NCBI GenBank assembly: GCA_964495785.1
Contig: CAZBXL010000001.1
Location: 44,406 to 108,405, forward strand
Direction: 5' to 3'
DNA from: an uncultured Saprospiraceae bacterium
Lineage (GTDB): Bacteria > Bacteroidota > Bacteroidia > Chitinophagales > Saprospiraceae
DNA: 64,000 nucleotides
Position 1 is the stretch's first letter; the number at the start of each line of letters is the position of its first letter. Positions 38,468-49,175 of the stretch are shown here, in pieces. The notes under the pieces are model-generated. The model did no database searches. It worked only from the letters and a program-made list of their open reading frames with translations, and was not told where the DNA came from. A program made the translations under genes and the position numbers.

Positions 38468-39901
38468 ATGAAAATTCTTCTAACAGGTGTTACTGGATAT
38501 ATTGGCAAAAGGTTACTCCCAGTTCTCATTGAGCAGGGCTACGAGGTCATATGTTGTGTAAGAGATAAGAGGAGATTTAGACCTATAAAGTCTATCATGT
38601 CTAAGATCCAAGTTATAGAGATAGATCTGTTAGATGCATCATCGCTACATAAAATTCCCAAAGATATAAATGGTGCTTATTATCTCGTACATAGTATGAG
38701 TTCCAGTGAAGATTATTCTACGCTTGAATTAGAGTGTGCCCATAATTTCAGAAAGGCCTTATCAACTACTAGCGTAGAACATGTCATTTATTTGAGTGGT
38801 ATTGTTAATGATTCTAACTTATCTAAACATCTACAATCAAGAAAAAATGTAGAACTGGAATTAGCGAAAGGGGATTACAATTTTACAACATTGAGAGCAG
38901 GTATTATTATAGGTTCTGGGTCTGCATCATTTGAGATCATCAGAGACTTGGTAGAGAAACTTCCAGTTATGATCGCTCCTAAATGGCTCAAGACTAAATG
39001 CCAACCTATAGGGATTACTGACGTCTTATCATTTCTTTCTAAAACGCTTTTCAAAAAAGAAACCTATAATAATAGCTACGATATAGGGGGAACAGACGTA
39101 CTTAGTTATAAGGACATGCTACTTGAGTTTTCTCATGTGAGACATCTTAATCGGCGTATATACATCGTTCCGGTAATGACGCCAAAGTTATCTTCTTACT
39201 GGTTGTATTTTGTAACATCCACCTCCTATAATTTAGCACAATCACTTGTAGACAGTATGAAGGTAGAAGTGATATGTCGTGATGATAAACTTAAAGACAT
39301 ATTGGGTATTCAGCCCATTAGTTATAAGGAGGCATTAGAAAAAGCATTCCTCAAGATCGAAGCTAATCAGATAGTCTCTAGTTGGAAAGACGCTTATGTC
39401 AGTAGTGGTTTCTCCATGAATATATCAGATTATATCGAGGTCCCTTCTTATGGCTGTCTTAAGGATAAGAGATCGCGACAATATGAAGATAGACAAGCAT
39501 GTATAGATAAGATATGGAGAATCGGTGGCAAGACAGGATGGTATTATGGTACCTGGCTGTGGCAGATAAGAGGCTATATGGATAAGCTCGCTGGTGGGGT
39601 AGGACTAAGAAGAGGAAGGACTAATATTGATAGAATTGATGCTGGAGATACATTAGATTTCTGGCGAGTCCTTTATGCTAACAAGACAGAAGGCAGACTG
39701 CTACTCTATGCAGAGATGAAGCTACCAGGAGAGGCATGGTTGGAGTTTAAGATCGTGGAGGATAAACTTTTTCAGACAGCCACATTCAGACCTTTAGGTT
39801 TGTTAGGGAGACTCTACTGGTATGCAGTACTGCCTTTTCATGGTTTTATATTTAATGGGATGCTGGAGGCATTAACCACGTCAGAAGAACCTTTAGCTTA
39901 A
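38468..39901 (+). CDS. NAD(P)-binding SDR/NmrA-like protein fused to a DUF2867-like C-terminal domain
   Basis: Rossmann motif KILLTGVTGYIGKRL. The C-terminal half (WRIGGKTGWYYG...LDFWRV) recalls DUF2867. Confidence 0.65.
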   Translation: MKILLTGVTGYIGKRLLPVLIEQGYEVICCVRDKRRFRPIKSIMSKIQVIEIDLLDASSLHKIPKDINGAYYLVHSMSSSEDYSTLELECAHNFRKALSTTSVEHVIYLSGIVNDSNLSKHLQSRKNVELELAKGDYNFTTLRAGIIIGSGSASFEIIRDLVEKLPVMIAPKWLKTKCQPIGITDVLSFLSKTLFKKETYNNSYDIGGTDVLSYKDMLLEFSHVRHLNRRIYIVPVMTPKLSSYWLYFVTSTSYNLAQSLVDSMKVEVICRDDKLKDILGIQPISYKEALEKAFLKIEANQIVSSWKDAYVSSGFSMNISDYIEVPSYGCLKDKRSRQYEDRQACIDKIWRIGGKTGWYYGTWLWQIRGYMDKLAGGVGLRRGRTNIDRIDAGDTLDFWRVLYANKTEGRLLLYAEMKLPGEAWLEFKIVEDKLFQTATFRPLGLLGRLYWYAVLPFHGFIFNGMLEALTTSEEPLA

Positions 39902-40028
39902 TGACATAGCTAAATAGATTAATAAGCCACGGTATTTAGATTTTGGTCAAATCTTTGTTAAAATATAGAGTAGTTGAAATTATTCCCTCACTATTATCGT
40001 CATTTGCATTAACAGATACTATATATAC

Positions 40029-40496
40029 ATGAAGATCCTTACAACTCTAATTCTAACTCTATTTACAGTGTCGCTAAGTATAGGACAAACTTTTCCAAGC
40101 AGCCGTGCTGAATTAGATTCTGTCTATGCGGCTAATATAAAGATGAGTAAACTCTATGGTGTGTATATTCCTAAGGATACAGATGATGCTATAGATCGAC
40201 TCAATAAAATGACACCTCCTGATGCAATTGAAAAATTTAAAAATGCCCCAGACGAAATAGAGGTAAGTCGTAAATTAAAAATGGGCATAGGCCGTTGGAT
40301 GATCCTTAATTGGAATTTTGAAGAAGGATCGCGACTCTCACATTACCTGAAGCAACAAGGACTACTGCATCCAGAAGATATGTCACAGTACCTTATGAGA
40401 GTATACTATCGTCGATTAAACAATCTGCCAGATAATTCAGAAGCTATAATTGAAGAACTCTCTATAGCGAGAAAAGAAACTGTCCGTAAGAAATAA
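40029..40496 (+). CDS. Small secreted hypothetical protein
   Basis: Signal peptide MKILTTLILTLFTVSLSIGQ. No motif recognised. Confidence 0.5.
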   Translation: MKILTTLILTLFTVSLSIGQTFPSSRAELDSVYAANIKMSKLYGVYIPKDTDDAIDRLNKMTPPDAIEKFKNAPDEIEVSRKLKMGIGRWMILNWNFEEGSRLSHYLKQQGLLHPEDMSQYLMRVYYRRLNNLPDNSEAIIEELSIARKETVRKK

Positions 40497-40681
40497 ATTA
40501 TTTCTATCTATCAAATCAGTAAGTTGCGGTGTGCATTACGATCTTCTAAACGAACATTTTTTGTTCAGGGATGTAGATAGTTATACGTCAAATCATGAGG
40601 TGTAATTGGTATGCATTTTAAAATATACCACTTGACATTGATCATGAAATAATCTTCCTTTACACACTTTTTCCATAAGAT

Positions 40682-40705
40682 TACAAATGAAATTCTACAT
40701 TTGTA
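40682..40705 (+). promoter_or_regulatory. Candidate -7 box (TACATTTG) embedded in an 8-bp inverted repeat upstream of topA
   Basis: tacatttg at 40696-40703 matches TAnnTTTG, 43 nt before the topA ATG. tacaaatg (40682-40689) and catttgta (40698-40705) are reverse complements. No good -33 TTTG is present. Confidence 0.25.
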
Positions 40706-40745
40706 CTTTATTAGATGAGTAACATCACATGAAAATATACACTGG

Positions 40746-43364
40746 ATGCCAAAGAAATTATTAATAGTAGAGTCCCCTGCTAAAGCAAAGACCATCAATA
40801 AGTATTTAGGAGAAGACTTTATTGTAAAATCAAGTTACGGACATATCAGAGACCTGGATAAAGGCAACAAGGGTATAGATAAAGAGAATAATTTTACTCC
40901 AAAGTATGTCGTCCAAGACAATAAAATTAGAGTCGTCAATGAGCTCAAAAGTACTCTCAAGAAATGTAATGAAGTATGGCTCGCAACGGATGAGGATCGT
41001 GAGGGAGAAGCTATATCATGGCACCTTTGCGAGGTATTAGACTTAGATCCAGAAGTTACTAAACGTATAGTATTTAGAGAAATCACAGAGAAAGCGATTA
41101 AGTCAGCTGTCAAAACCCCTCGACTTGTAGACCAAAATATGGTCGATGCACAACAAGCTCGTAGAGTATTGGACAGACTTGTTGGATTTGAGTTGTCAGA
41201 AATCTTATGGAGAAAAGTCAAAGGAAAACTTTCAGCAGGTAGAGTACAATCTGTCGCCGTTAAGTTAATCGTAGAAAGAGAAAGAGAGATTCAGAATTTT
41301 ACAGCTGCCGGATACTATAAGGTAACTGCTGTCTTCTTAGTAAAGAATGACAAAGGCCAGACTGTAGAGTTAAAGGCTGATCATAATAATAGATTAGATA
41401 CTAAAGAAGAGGCAGAAAAATTACTTGAAAGTCTTAAAGGGACTAAGTATAATATCAATGATATAAAAGTTAAGCCCACAAAAAGAAAGCCTGCTCCTCC
41501 ATTTACAACATCGACGTTACAACAAGAGGCGAGTCGAAAGCTTTATTTTTCTGTAAACAGAACAATGGGTGCCGCTCAGAAACTCTACGAGCAAGGACTT
41601 ATCACATATATGAGAACTGACTCTACAAGCTTAAGTCAGACTGCTACAGATAGTATAAGTTCGCAAATTAAGAAAGCTTACGGCGAGAATTATTCTCAGT
41701 TTAGAAAATTCAAAAGTAAAGACTCTAATGCTCAAGAAGCTCACGAAGCTATAAGACCAACTAACATAGAAGTAGAAAATGCTCCTGTCGATGATGACTT
41801 AGCTAAGTTATATAATCTGATATGGAAGAGGACTATCGCCAGTCAGATGTCAGATGCACAATTAGAAAAAACAACTGTAGACATTGTATCAGAAAACAAC
41901 ACTTTATTTCAGGCTAAGGGAGAGGTGTTGAAATTTGATGGTTTTCTTAAAGTCTATATGGAATCTAAAGATGATGACGAAGAAGACGAAGATACTAAAG
42001 GGATACTGCCACCATTATCTGTAGGACAACAATTAGACTTAGACAACGTCAAGGCAACAGAAAGATTTACTCGGGCTCCAGCCAGATTTACAGAAGCTTC
42101 ACTTGTCAAAAAACTCGAAGAATTAGGTATAGGAAGACCTTCTACATATGCCCCTACGATCACTAAAATAATGGAGAAAGGCAGAGGCTATGTAACTAAA
42201 GAGAGTAGAGAAGGAGAGGAGAGATCTTACAATGTGTTGATACTTAAGAATGACAATGTAGACAGCACTTTAGAGACAGAAATAACTGGTTCTACAAGTA
42301 ATAGGCTTTATGCTTCTGATCTCGGTATGCTGGTTGTGGATTTTCTAAGTAAGCACTTTGATGAGATAATGAACTATAGCTTTACAGCTGACGTAGAAAA
42401 TAAATTAGATCAAATCGCCAACGGATCTGAGAACTGGCAAGAAATGATAAGTGACTTCTATGGTCCATTCCACGAGACTGTAGAGAAGACTATAGAAACC
42501 GCAGAACGTGCCAAAGGTAGAAGAGAGCTCGGTGTAGATCCTGCGTCAGGACATACAGTCCTCGTACAGATGACAAGATATGGTCCGGCTGTACAGATAG
42601 GTACAGTAGAAGAGGTCGGCGAAGAAGGTAAGCCACGATTTGCAGGCCTGAGAGTAGGGCAGTCGATGGAAACTATCACATATGAGGACGCTATGGAGCT
42701 CTTCAAGCTACCTATGGACTTAGGAGAATATAAGGGAGAGATGGTTAGTGTCAATACTGGAAGATATGGTCCTTATATCAAATTCCAAGATAAATTTATC
42801 TCTCTACCGAAAGGTGAAGATCCGATGACGTTCCCATTCGAGAGAGCTAAAGAATTAGTTGACGAAAGGTTAGAAGCAGATAAGCCATTAGGTACTTACA
42901 AGGGATTAGATATTCAAAAAGGAAAAGGAAGATTTGGTCCATATCTGAAATGGAACGAATTATTCATCAATATTCCTAAAAGATATGACTCTGATAATCT
43001 TAGTCAAGATGATATGTTTGAACTTATAGCTGCTAAAGAAGAAAAAGAAGCTAACAGATATATCCAACAATGGCCAGAAGATAAGATTGCTCTAGAGAAT
43101 GGAAGATGGGGTCCTTTTATTAGATATAAAAAGAAGTCTTATAAGCTTCCGCGAAAAGAAGATGGTGAACGATATGATGCTGAAGAAGCTAAAGCAACTT
43201 TTGATATTGAGTCCATTAAGAAAATCTTATTAGAAGAAGGAGCTACTGGTGTAAAATTAGCTGGAGATAAAAAAGCTGCCGCCAAGAAGAAACTTAAAGC
43301 GAAAGCTAAAGCTAAAGCTAAACCAAAGGCAAAAGCTAAGGCAAAACCTAAAGCTAAAAAGTAG
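40746..43364 (+). CDS. topA: DNA topoisomerase I (type IA)
   Basis: TOPRIM LLIVESPAKAKTINKYLG, DEDREGE, active-site region ITYMRTDS, C-terminal repeats (GRYGPYIKF, GRFGPYLKW, GRWGPFIRY), and a Lys/Ala tail. Confidence 0.96.
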   Translation: MPKKLLIVESPAKAKTINKYLGEDFIVKSSYGHIRDLDKGNKGIDKENNFTPKYVVQDNKIRVVNELKSTLKKCNEVWLATDEDREGEAISWHLCEVLDLDPEVTKRIVFREITEKAIKSAVKTPRLVDQNMVDAQQARRVLDRLVGFELSEILWRKVKGKLSAGRVQSVAVKLIVEREREIQNFTAAGYYKVTAVFLVKNDKGQTVELKADHNNRLDTKEEAEKLLESLKGTKYNINDIKVKPTKRKPAPPFTTSTLQQEASRKLYFSVNRTMGAAQKLYEQGLITYMRTDSTSLSQTATDSISSQIKKAYGENYSQFRKFKSKDSNAQEAHEAIRPTNIEVENAPVDDDLAKLYNLIWKRTIASQMSDAQLEKTTVDIVSENNTLFQAKGEVLKFDGFLKVYMESKDDDEEDEDTKGILPPLSVGQQLDLDNVKATERFTRAPARFTEASLVKKLEELGIGRPSTYAPTITKIMEKGRGYVTKESREGEERSYNVLILKNDNVDSTLETEITGSTSNRLYASDLGMLVVDFLSKHFDEIMNYSFTADVENKLDQIANGSENWQEMISDFYGPFHETVEKTIETAERAKGRRELGVDPASGHTVLVQMTRYGPAVQIGTVEEVGEEGKPRFAGLRVGQSMETITYEDAMELFKLPMDLGEYKGEMVSVNTGRYGPYIKFQDKFISLPKGEDPMTFPFERAKELVDERLEADKPLGTYKGLDIQKGKGRFGPYLKWNELFINIPKRYDSDNLSQDDMFELIAAKEEKEANRYIQQWPEDKIALENGRWGPFIRYKKKSYKLPRKEDGERYDAEEAKATFDIESIKKILLEEGATGVKLAGDKKAAAKKKLKAKAKAKAKPKAKAKAKPKAKK
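43269..43361 (+). repeat. Coding low-complexity repeat: Lys/Ala/Pro tail of TopA
   Basis: KKAAAKKKLKAKAKAKAKPKAKAKAKPKAKK, encoded by gct-aaa / gca-aaa hexanucleotide iterations. Confidence 0.9.
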
Positions 43365-43372
43365 AAAAAGAT

Positions 43373-44464
43373 TTATAACTGTATAAATGTATTGTAGATA
43401 TCTGCTGCAACTCTTTGTGATGTGCTACCATCACCGAGTTCTGCTCTGATCTTTCTATATTCACTATATATATTTTCTATTTTTTCAGGTATTAAAAGCT
43501 GCTCTACAGCTTCTTCCAATGCCAAAATATTAAAAGCATCCTGAAGCAATTCTGTAACAACTTCTTTTTGAGCTATTAGATTTACAAGAGATATATATTC
43601 AGTCTTGACTAATCGTTTTCCTATAGCAAAACTAATTTGGCTTGTCTTATACACCACAACTTGTGGTACTCCATGTAATGCTAATTCTAATGTCGTTGTT
43701 CCACTCGAGGCTATGGCTATATCAATCTCCTGCATCACTTGATAAGAGGCGTCGTACCGTATGTCTATATGTGCAGCATAATTTTTAATGTGTTCTAAGT
43801 AGAACTCTTTCTTAATATGACTCAGGCCAGCTATGACAAATGCATATTCAGGATGAGCCATAGCAAATTCCATCATGATTGGTAGATGCTTTTTGATTTC
43901 TTGTTTGCGGCTACCCGGAAAGAGACCTATTTTAGTGACTGACTCAGAAGGTGCTTTTTGAGTTCCTATTTCTTCTAATAAGGGATGACCATGATATATA
44001 CATGGCGTATCAAGATTTTTATAGAAGTCTCTTTCAAATGGAAGTATTACAAAAAATAAGTCGGCATAGCTTCTGAGGATTTTATGCCTATTTTCCTTCC
44101 ATGCCCATAGCTGTGGTGAGATATAATAGACGGTATTGTAACCTTCTTTTTTACACCATTCACACATTCTTAAGTTGAATCCTGGATAATCTAAAAATAT
44201 GACGACATCAGGAGTGTATTCTTTGATCGTATATTTTGCAAATCGAAACAACTCCTTGATAACAAATATGTTAGCCGCCACCTCTAAAAAGCCCATGAAC
44301 GAAGTCTCTTTTATTGACTTTAATTGACCAGTCGATTGAGCATTCATCTTAGGTCCACCCCAAAATCTAAATTGAGCATCCTTATCTATTAGTTGGAGTC
44401 TTGCAATGAGTTGACTACCATATAGATCACCAGAGGCCTCACCAGCTATGATGTAGTATTTCAT
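43373..44464 (-). CDS. lpxB: Lipid-A-disaccharide synthase
   Basis: N-terminal YYIIAGEASGDLYGSQL, and the ASGTTTLE motif (found here as SSGTTTLELALHGVP). Confidence 0.93.
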   Translation of the reverse strand: MKYYIIAGEASGDLYGSQLIARLQLIDKDAQFRFWGGPKMNAQSTGQLKSIKETSFMGFLEVAANIFVIKELFRFAKYTIKEYTPDVVIFLDYPGFNLRMCEWCKKEGYNTVYYISPQLWAWKENRHKILRSYADLFFVILPFERDFYKNLDTPCIYHGHPLLEEIGTQKAPSESVTKIGLFPGSRKQEIKKHLPIMMEFAMAHPEYAFVIAGLSHIKKEFYLEHIKNYAAHIDIRYDASYQVMQEIDIAIASSGTTTLELALHGVPQVVVYKTSQISFAIGKRLVKTEYISLVNLIAQKEVVTELLQDAFNILALEEAVEQLLIPEKIENIYSEYRKIRAELGDGSTSQRVAADIYNTFIQL

Positions 44465-44477
44465 AAGATTGGATTAA

Positions 44478-44795
44478 CTAAGACCCAATGAGTGCTTGGC
44501 CAAAGTTGATAAACCAAATGCCGCAATAAATGAAAGTGGCAATCAGGACTCCTTTTACAGTCTTTAATATATATCGGTTGTTGAGAAGCTGTATGGGAAT
44601 AATGTTAGTACATATTCCTATGAGTGCAAGAGTCCTCAGTCTCTTTCCAGAACTACCTGCAGAGACGGCATCCATTAATCCTTGATTGGTAAGAAACTCA
44701 AACAAAATCTCTACTAAATAAAAACCAAGTATCGGGAAGGTAGCACCTATCATGAGCCCCATCCAGATACTGTCATTTTCTTTAAATATTCTCAT
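44478..44795 (-). CDS. Small 3-TM membrane protein of unknown function between surE and lpxB
   Basis: Three hydrophobic segments. Spaced 12-13 nt from both neighbours on the same strand. Confidence 0.5.
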   Translation of the reverse strand: MRIFKENDSIWMGLMIGATFPILGFYLVEILFEFLTNQGLMDAVSAGSSGKRLRTLALIGICTNIIPIQLLNNRYILKTVKGVLIATFIYCGIWFINFGQALIGS

Positions 44796-44807
44796 CTTAT
44801 TTATTGT

Positions 44808-45572
44808 CTAAGATTCAAGATAAGAAAGTTTTTTGACCTTACTATAGTCCGTAAGATCATGCTGTGATGGGACTATAGAGACATAGCCGTTCTTTAAGGC
44901 ATGTAAGTCAGTGTCTTCTGCATAATCTCCTTTGGTAAATTCTCCATCTAACCAGTAGTAAACACCGCCTCTTGGATCTGTATTTTCTTTATAGTCTTCT
45001 ACCCATTTACCCTCGCCTTGTCTACAGACCTTCATGCCTCTTATATCTGCAGTCGGTAACTTTGGGATATTGACATTGAGTAGAATTCCTTGTTGCTCTT
45101 CTTTGAGCATTTTTTTTATCAGTATTTCTCCAAAGTGCTGAGCAGCACTAAAGTCTGCTTCGAATGAAAAATCAAGTAAAGAGAATCCGATAGAATTAAT
45201 GCCTTCTATACTGGCTTCCATAGCCGCAGACATTGTACCACTGTATAATATATTTAGAGCTGCATTACTACCATGGTTGACTCCGGAGACACATAGGTCT
45301 ATAGTCTGGTCCTTAAGTAGAATATTCTTAGCGAGCTTGACACAATCTACAGGTGTACCAGAGCACGCGTATGATAATACTCCTTCAAATTGATCGACCT
45401 TCTTAAGTCTAAGTGGAGAGGTAATCGTAATAGCATGACCTTGCCCAGATTGAGGTGAATCTGGAGCCACAACTATTGGAGTCCCTATTTTTTTTACCAC
45501 TTCCACGAGAGCTTCTATGCCTGGAGCAAATATCCCATCATCGTTCGTCACTAAAATCAGAGGTTTTTCCAT
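44808..45572 (-). CDS. surE: 5'/3'-nucleotidase SurE
   Basis: ILVTNDDGIFAPGI, SGVNHGSN, YSGTMSAAMEA. Confidence 0.95.
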   Translation of the reverse strand: MEKPLILVTNDDGIFAPGIEALVEVVKKIGTPIVVAPDSPQSGQGHAITITSPLRLKKVDQFEGVLSYACSGTPVDCVKLAKNILLKDQTIDLCVSGVNHGSNAALNILYSGTMSAAMEASIEGINSIGFSLLDFSFEADFSAAQHFGEILIKKMLKEEQQGILLNVNIPKLPTADIRGMKVCRQGEGKWVEDYKENTDPRGGVYYWLDGEFTKGDYAEDTDLHALKNGYVSIVPSQHDLTDYSKVKKLSYLES

Positions 45573-45708
45573 ATAATTTCTTATTGTTGCGCAAATATCC
45601 AGATTTTAAATGTCAAAGTTGTATCTGGTTACATTAGCTAATCATTAATTGTATAAACCTATTGTAATTTTAAATGTTGTAGGTTTCTATTAAGCAATAT
45701 TATTTATA

Positions 45709-46725
45709 ATGGATAAAGTAGGCATATTGTTGGTTAACTTAGGGACTCCTGATGATCCCAGTACCGGCTCCGTAAGAGTTTATTTGAGGCAGTTCTTGTT
45801 AGATGGTAGAGTAATCGATATCCCATATATACTTAGGCAAATTCTTGTCAGATTAATTATAGCACCTTTTAGGGCGAGATCATCTGCCAAGCTCTATAAG
45901 CAACTCTGGACAGAGAATGGATCACCGCTGAAGTACTACGGAGAACGGGTTAAAAATATGCTACAAGAAAAACTACCAGATAATTACACTGTAGAATTGG
46001 GGATGCGTTATCAGAATCCATCCATAGATGAGGCCCTTAATAAGTTAAGAGATCACAAGGTGGATAGAATTGTTGTATTTCCTATGTTCCCACAATACGC
46101 TTCAGCAAGTACAGGTTCAGCATTGCAGGAAGTCATGGATGTGGTGTCTAAGTGGATGACTATTCCTTCAGTTTCATTCATAAGCTCATATCATGATGAT
46201 GATAATATGATAGAGGTCTATGCAGACAATGCTCGCAAGATGGATATGTCTCAGTATGATCATTATCTATTTTCATTTCATGGGATACCTCAGAGACATC
46301 TCCGTAATTCTGATTGCAACAATTATTGCCTTAAGAATAAGGATTGTTGCATGACCATTAATGAGAATAATAAAATGTGTTATTCAGCACAATGTTATAG
46401 TACTGCTGATGCTATAGCTCGTAAGCTCAACTTGACAAAAGACCAATATTCCGTCAGTTTCCAATCTCGCTTAGGAAGAGATCCATGGACAGAACCATTT
46501 ACTCCAGATATGTTAGAGGAGCTTGTAAGCAAAGGAATTAAGAGGCTATTGGTCTTCTCACCAAGTTTTGTTTCTGATTGCCTTGAGACGACTATAGAGA
46601 TTGATTTTGAGTACAAAGAGGAATTTGAGGAAATGGGAGGGGAGCATCTAGACCTGGTACCAAGTCTAAATGATAATCCCAAATGGGTCGATGCGATTCA
46701 CAAGTTGTTAGAACCGCATCTTTAG
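45709..46725 (+). CDS. hemH: Ferrochelatase
   Basis: GILLVNLGTPD, VVFPMFPQYASASTGS, FSFHGIPQRH, and C-terminal SPSFVSDCLETTIEID. Confidence 0.93.
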   Translation: MDKVGILLVNLGTPDDPSTGSVRVYLRQFLLDGRVIDIPYILRQILVRLIIAPFRARSSAKLYKQLWTENGSPLKYYGERVKNMLQEKLPDNYTVELGMRYQNPSIDEALNKLRDHKVDRIVVFPMFPQYASASTGSALQEVMDVVSKWMTIPSVSFISSYHDDDNMIEVYADNARKMDMSQYDHYLFSFHGIPQRHLRNSDCNNYCLKNKDCCMTINENNKMCYSAQCYSTADAIARKLNLTKDQYSVSFQSRLGRDPWTEPFTPDMLEELVSKGIKRLLVFSPSFVSDCLETTIEIDFEYKEEFEEMGGEHLDLVPSLNDNPKWVDAIHKLLEPHL

Positions 46726-47372
46726 AACCGTGCTATGACGTCTATTGGAGACTTGACCATTTGATCGAGTTCGACTTCAATTTTTGCTGTCAATGGTAGG
46801 AATATATCTACACGAGAACCAAACTTTATAAAGCCCATCTCTTGGGACTGCTTGACTTTATCATAAGGCTTTAGGTAATTGACAATTCTTCTTGCCAGAG
46901 CACCAGCAATTTGCCTTATCAATATAGGACCATGATCGGTTTCGTACACTGTAGTAAACCTTTCGTTTTCGGTAGATGATTTAGGATTCCAAGCCATAAG
47001 ATATTTCCCAGGATGATATTTTAGATAAGCAACTTTTCCACTTACAGGATTTCTATTCTTATGGACATTAAGAGGAGACATAAATACGGAAACTTGATAA
47101 CATTCCCCTTTGATAAATTCAGGCTCATAAGTCTTTTCTATCACTACGACCTTTCCATCAGCAGGAGTAATAACCACATCCTTATTCTCCGCTGCAACTG
47201 ATCTTTTGGGGTCTCTAAAGAACTGAAGAACAATAATCAATAAGAATAGGCAAGTTGCAGCTATGACATAGAATAACCATGTAGGAGCGTAAGTCTTAGC
47301 AACAAAGAAAAGTACGGCACAAACAATAATTGTCAAGATCAAAGTAGGATATCCCTCTTTATGAAATTTCAT
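46722..47372 (-). CDS. psd: Phosphatidylserine decarboxylase proenzyme
   Basis: Two N-terminal TM helices, VHKNRNPVSG, and the FGS self-cleavage site in IKFGSRVDIFLP. Confidence 0.9.
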   Translation of the reverse strand: MKFHKEGYPTLILTIIVCAVLFFVAKTYAPTWLFYVIAATCLFLLIIVLQFFRDPKRSVAAENKDVVITPADGKVVVIEKTYEPEFIKGECYQVSVFMSPLNVHKNRNPVSGKVAYLKYHPGKYLMAWNPKSSTENERFTTVYETDHGPILIRQIAGALARRIVNYLKPYDKVKQSQEMGFIKFGSRVDIFLPLTAKIEVELDQMVKSPIDVIARF

Positions 47373-48175
47373 ATTTTATCTATAAGGTTGAAGTATAAAA
47401 GTACAAAAGGTAAACAAAAGTAAAAGCCATCAAATCTGTCTAAAAATCCGCCGTGTCCTGGAAGTATAGTACCAGAATCTTTGACACCTATATATCGTTT
47501 CATTTTAGATTCTACAAGATCTCCGATAGATCCAGTTAACCATACAATTAGTGCCATAACACCCCATTGAGTTATATTAAGATGACCTAAGTATCTATAA
47601 AAAATATATGAAGCAAGTAGACTTATTACACCAGCTCCTATAAAGCCCTCCCAGCTTTTGCCCGGCGAGACAGAAGGCATTAATTTATTTTTACCTATAG
47701 ATTTTCCTACTGCATAAGCACCGATATCACTGATCCAAATCATAAACAAAGATCCCAGTAGTAAAATACTAAAAAGAGGAGAGTTAGAAATGAAAAGCAA
47801 TGAGGATAACGGTATGCTTGTATAAGCGATACCTTTGAGCCAAGGGACAGTAGATAATATGTTTCTCTTATTCAAAAATAAATCTCCAATAAGAACAATA
47901 TTGAATGCTACGCCGATGTACAAGAATACTGAAGCAAACTCAAACTTATAAAGACTAGAGACAAGAACTATTCCGCTTACTAATATAGACGGAACAATGA
48001 AAACAAACTTGCTGTCATGATCCTTGTAGTGTAATGATAAAAACTCTAATGCACATAAGATTAAAATGAGGCTAAGGAAAATTACTCTCGTCATGTCATT
48101 AAAAAAGACCATGAACAAAATAGGAATACCAATGATGATTGCCGTTATGATCCTCTGCTTAAGTGATTCTGACAT
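47369..48175 (-). CDS. cdsA: Phosphatidate cytidylyltransferase
   Basis: CTP-transferase signature SKMKRYIGVKDSGTILPGHGGFLDRFD. Overlaps psd by 4 nt (ATGA). Confidence 0.9.
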   Translation of the reverse strand: MSESLKQRIITAIIIGIPILFMVFFNDMTRVIFLSLILILCALEFLSLHYKDHDSKFVFIVPSILVSGIVLVSSLYKFEFASVFLYIGVAFNIVLIGDLFLNKRNILSTVPWLKGIAYTSIPLSSLLFISNSPLFSILLLGSLFMIWISDIGAYAVGKSIGKNKLMPSVSPGKSWEGFIGAGVISLLASYIFYRYLGHLNITQWGVMALIVWLTGSIGDLVESKMKRYIGVKDSGTILPGHGGFLDRFDGFYFCLPFVLLYFNLIDKI

Positions 48176-48252
48176 GTGCTTGTATTATACTATCGGTTCT
48201 AGTTGGTTATGCATGTAAACATACTTATTTTACATCCGATAATAGAAAGAAT

Positions 48253-48975
48253 ATGACAAGACTTAGCGTCAACATAAATAAGATAGCTCTCATCAGGAAT
48301 TCTCGTGGAGAAGACAAACCAAATCTTATCCAATTTGCCAAAGATTGCGAATCCTATGGTGCTCAGGGCATCACCGTACATCCTAGGCCTGACGAAAGAC
48401 ATATTAGATATAGTGATCTTGGGCCACTAAAGGAAATTGTTACTACGGAATATAATATAGAAGGGTATCCTTCTCAGAAATTTATCGATAAGGTAGTCGA
48501 CGTCAAGCCTCACCAAGTAACATTAGTGCCAGATCCTCCTGGAGCATTAACTTCCAGTGAAGGATGGGATACAGTTAAGTATAAATCAATGCTTACAGAT
48601 GTTATCAAACATTTTCAAAGTCACGACATAAGAGTTTCGCTTTTTTTAGAAGCTGACGCTGATGCAGTTGTCCATGCCCAAAAGACGGGTACTGATAGAA
48701 TAGAGTTTTATACAGGCAATTATGCTAAGAATTATTACAAAGATAAGTCTGCCGCCATAGCGGATCATATTACTGCTTCAAAAATGGCTGCAGAATGCAA
48801 ACTTGGTGTTAATGCAGGACATGATCTTAATTTAGATAATCTCCATTATTATGTCCATCACTTAACCAATCTTTTAGAGGTCTCTATTGGCCATGCTTTA
48901 GTGGGAGATGCTCTATACTATGGTATTGAGAATACCATACGTATGTATTTACACCAGATCAATAGAAAAACTTAG
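48253..48975 (+). CDS. pdxJ: Pyridoxine 5'-phosphate synthase
   Basis: LSVNINKIALIRNSRG, HPRPDERHI, LEVSIGHALV. ATG 48253 is preferred: the track start 48163 overlaps the cdsA start and adds a non-homologous 30 aa. Confidence 0.92.
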   Translation: MTRLSVNINKIALIRNSRGEDKPNLIQFAKDCESYGAQGITVHPRPDERHIRYSDLGPLKEIVTTEYNIEGYPSQKFIDKVVDVKPHQVTLVPDPPGALTSSEGWDTVKYKSMLTDVIKHFQSHDIRVSLFLEADADAVVHAQKTGTDRIEFYTGNYAKNYYKDKSAAIADHITASKMAAECKLGVNAGHDLNLDNLHYYVHHLTNLLEVSIGHALVGDALYYGIENTIRMYLHQINRKT

Positions 48976-49175
48976 TAGAACCAAAGAAAGAGCATCCATA
49001 CTCTTAAATTCTTACTCATAACATTGATGTTTTACAATAAATTAAACTGAAGGTTAAGAATCTAAATATTAATTAAATTTTATAGATCACTAATAAGCTA
49101 TAATAAATAGTGGTTGGAGTTACGATATCTGCACTATTCAAAATTTTATTTTGAAAATTATGAAAAAACAGATTC

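Noticed and set aside
43269-43361. Short tandem nucleotide repeats (gctaaa)n as a possible CRISPR, VNTR or non-coding repeat
   Set aside because: They are in frame within topA and encode the KA-rich tail. No spacer-repeat periodicity occurs anywhere in the window, and no CRISPR array was seen.
46722-46725. Convergent hemH and psd stop codons overlapping (TTAG)
   Set aside because: It is real in the sequence but a common consequence of gene packing. There is no evidence of regulatory meaning.
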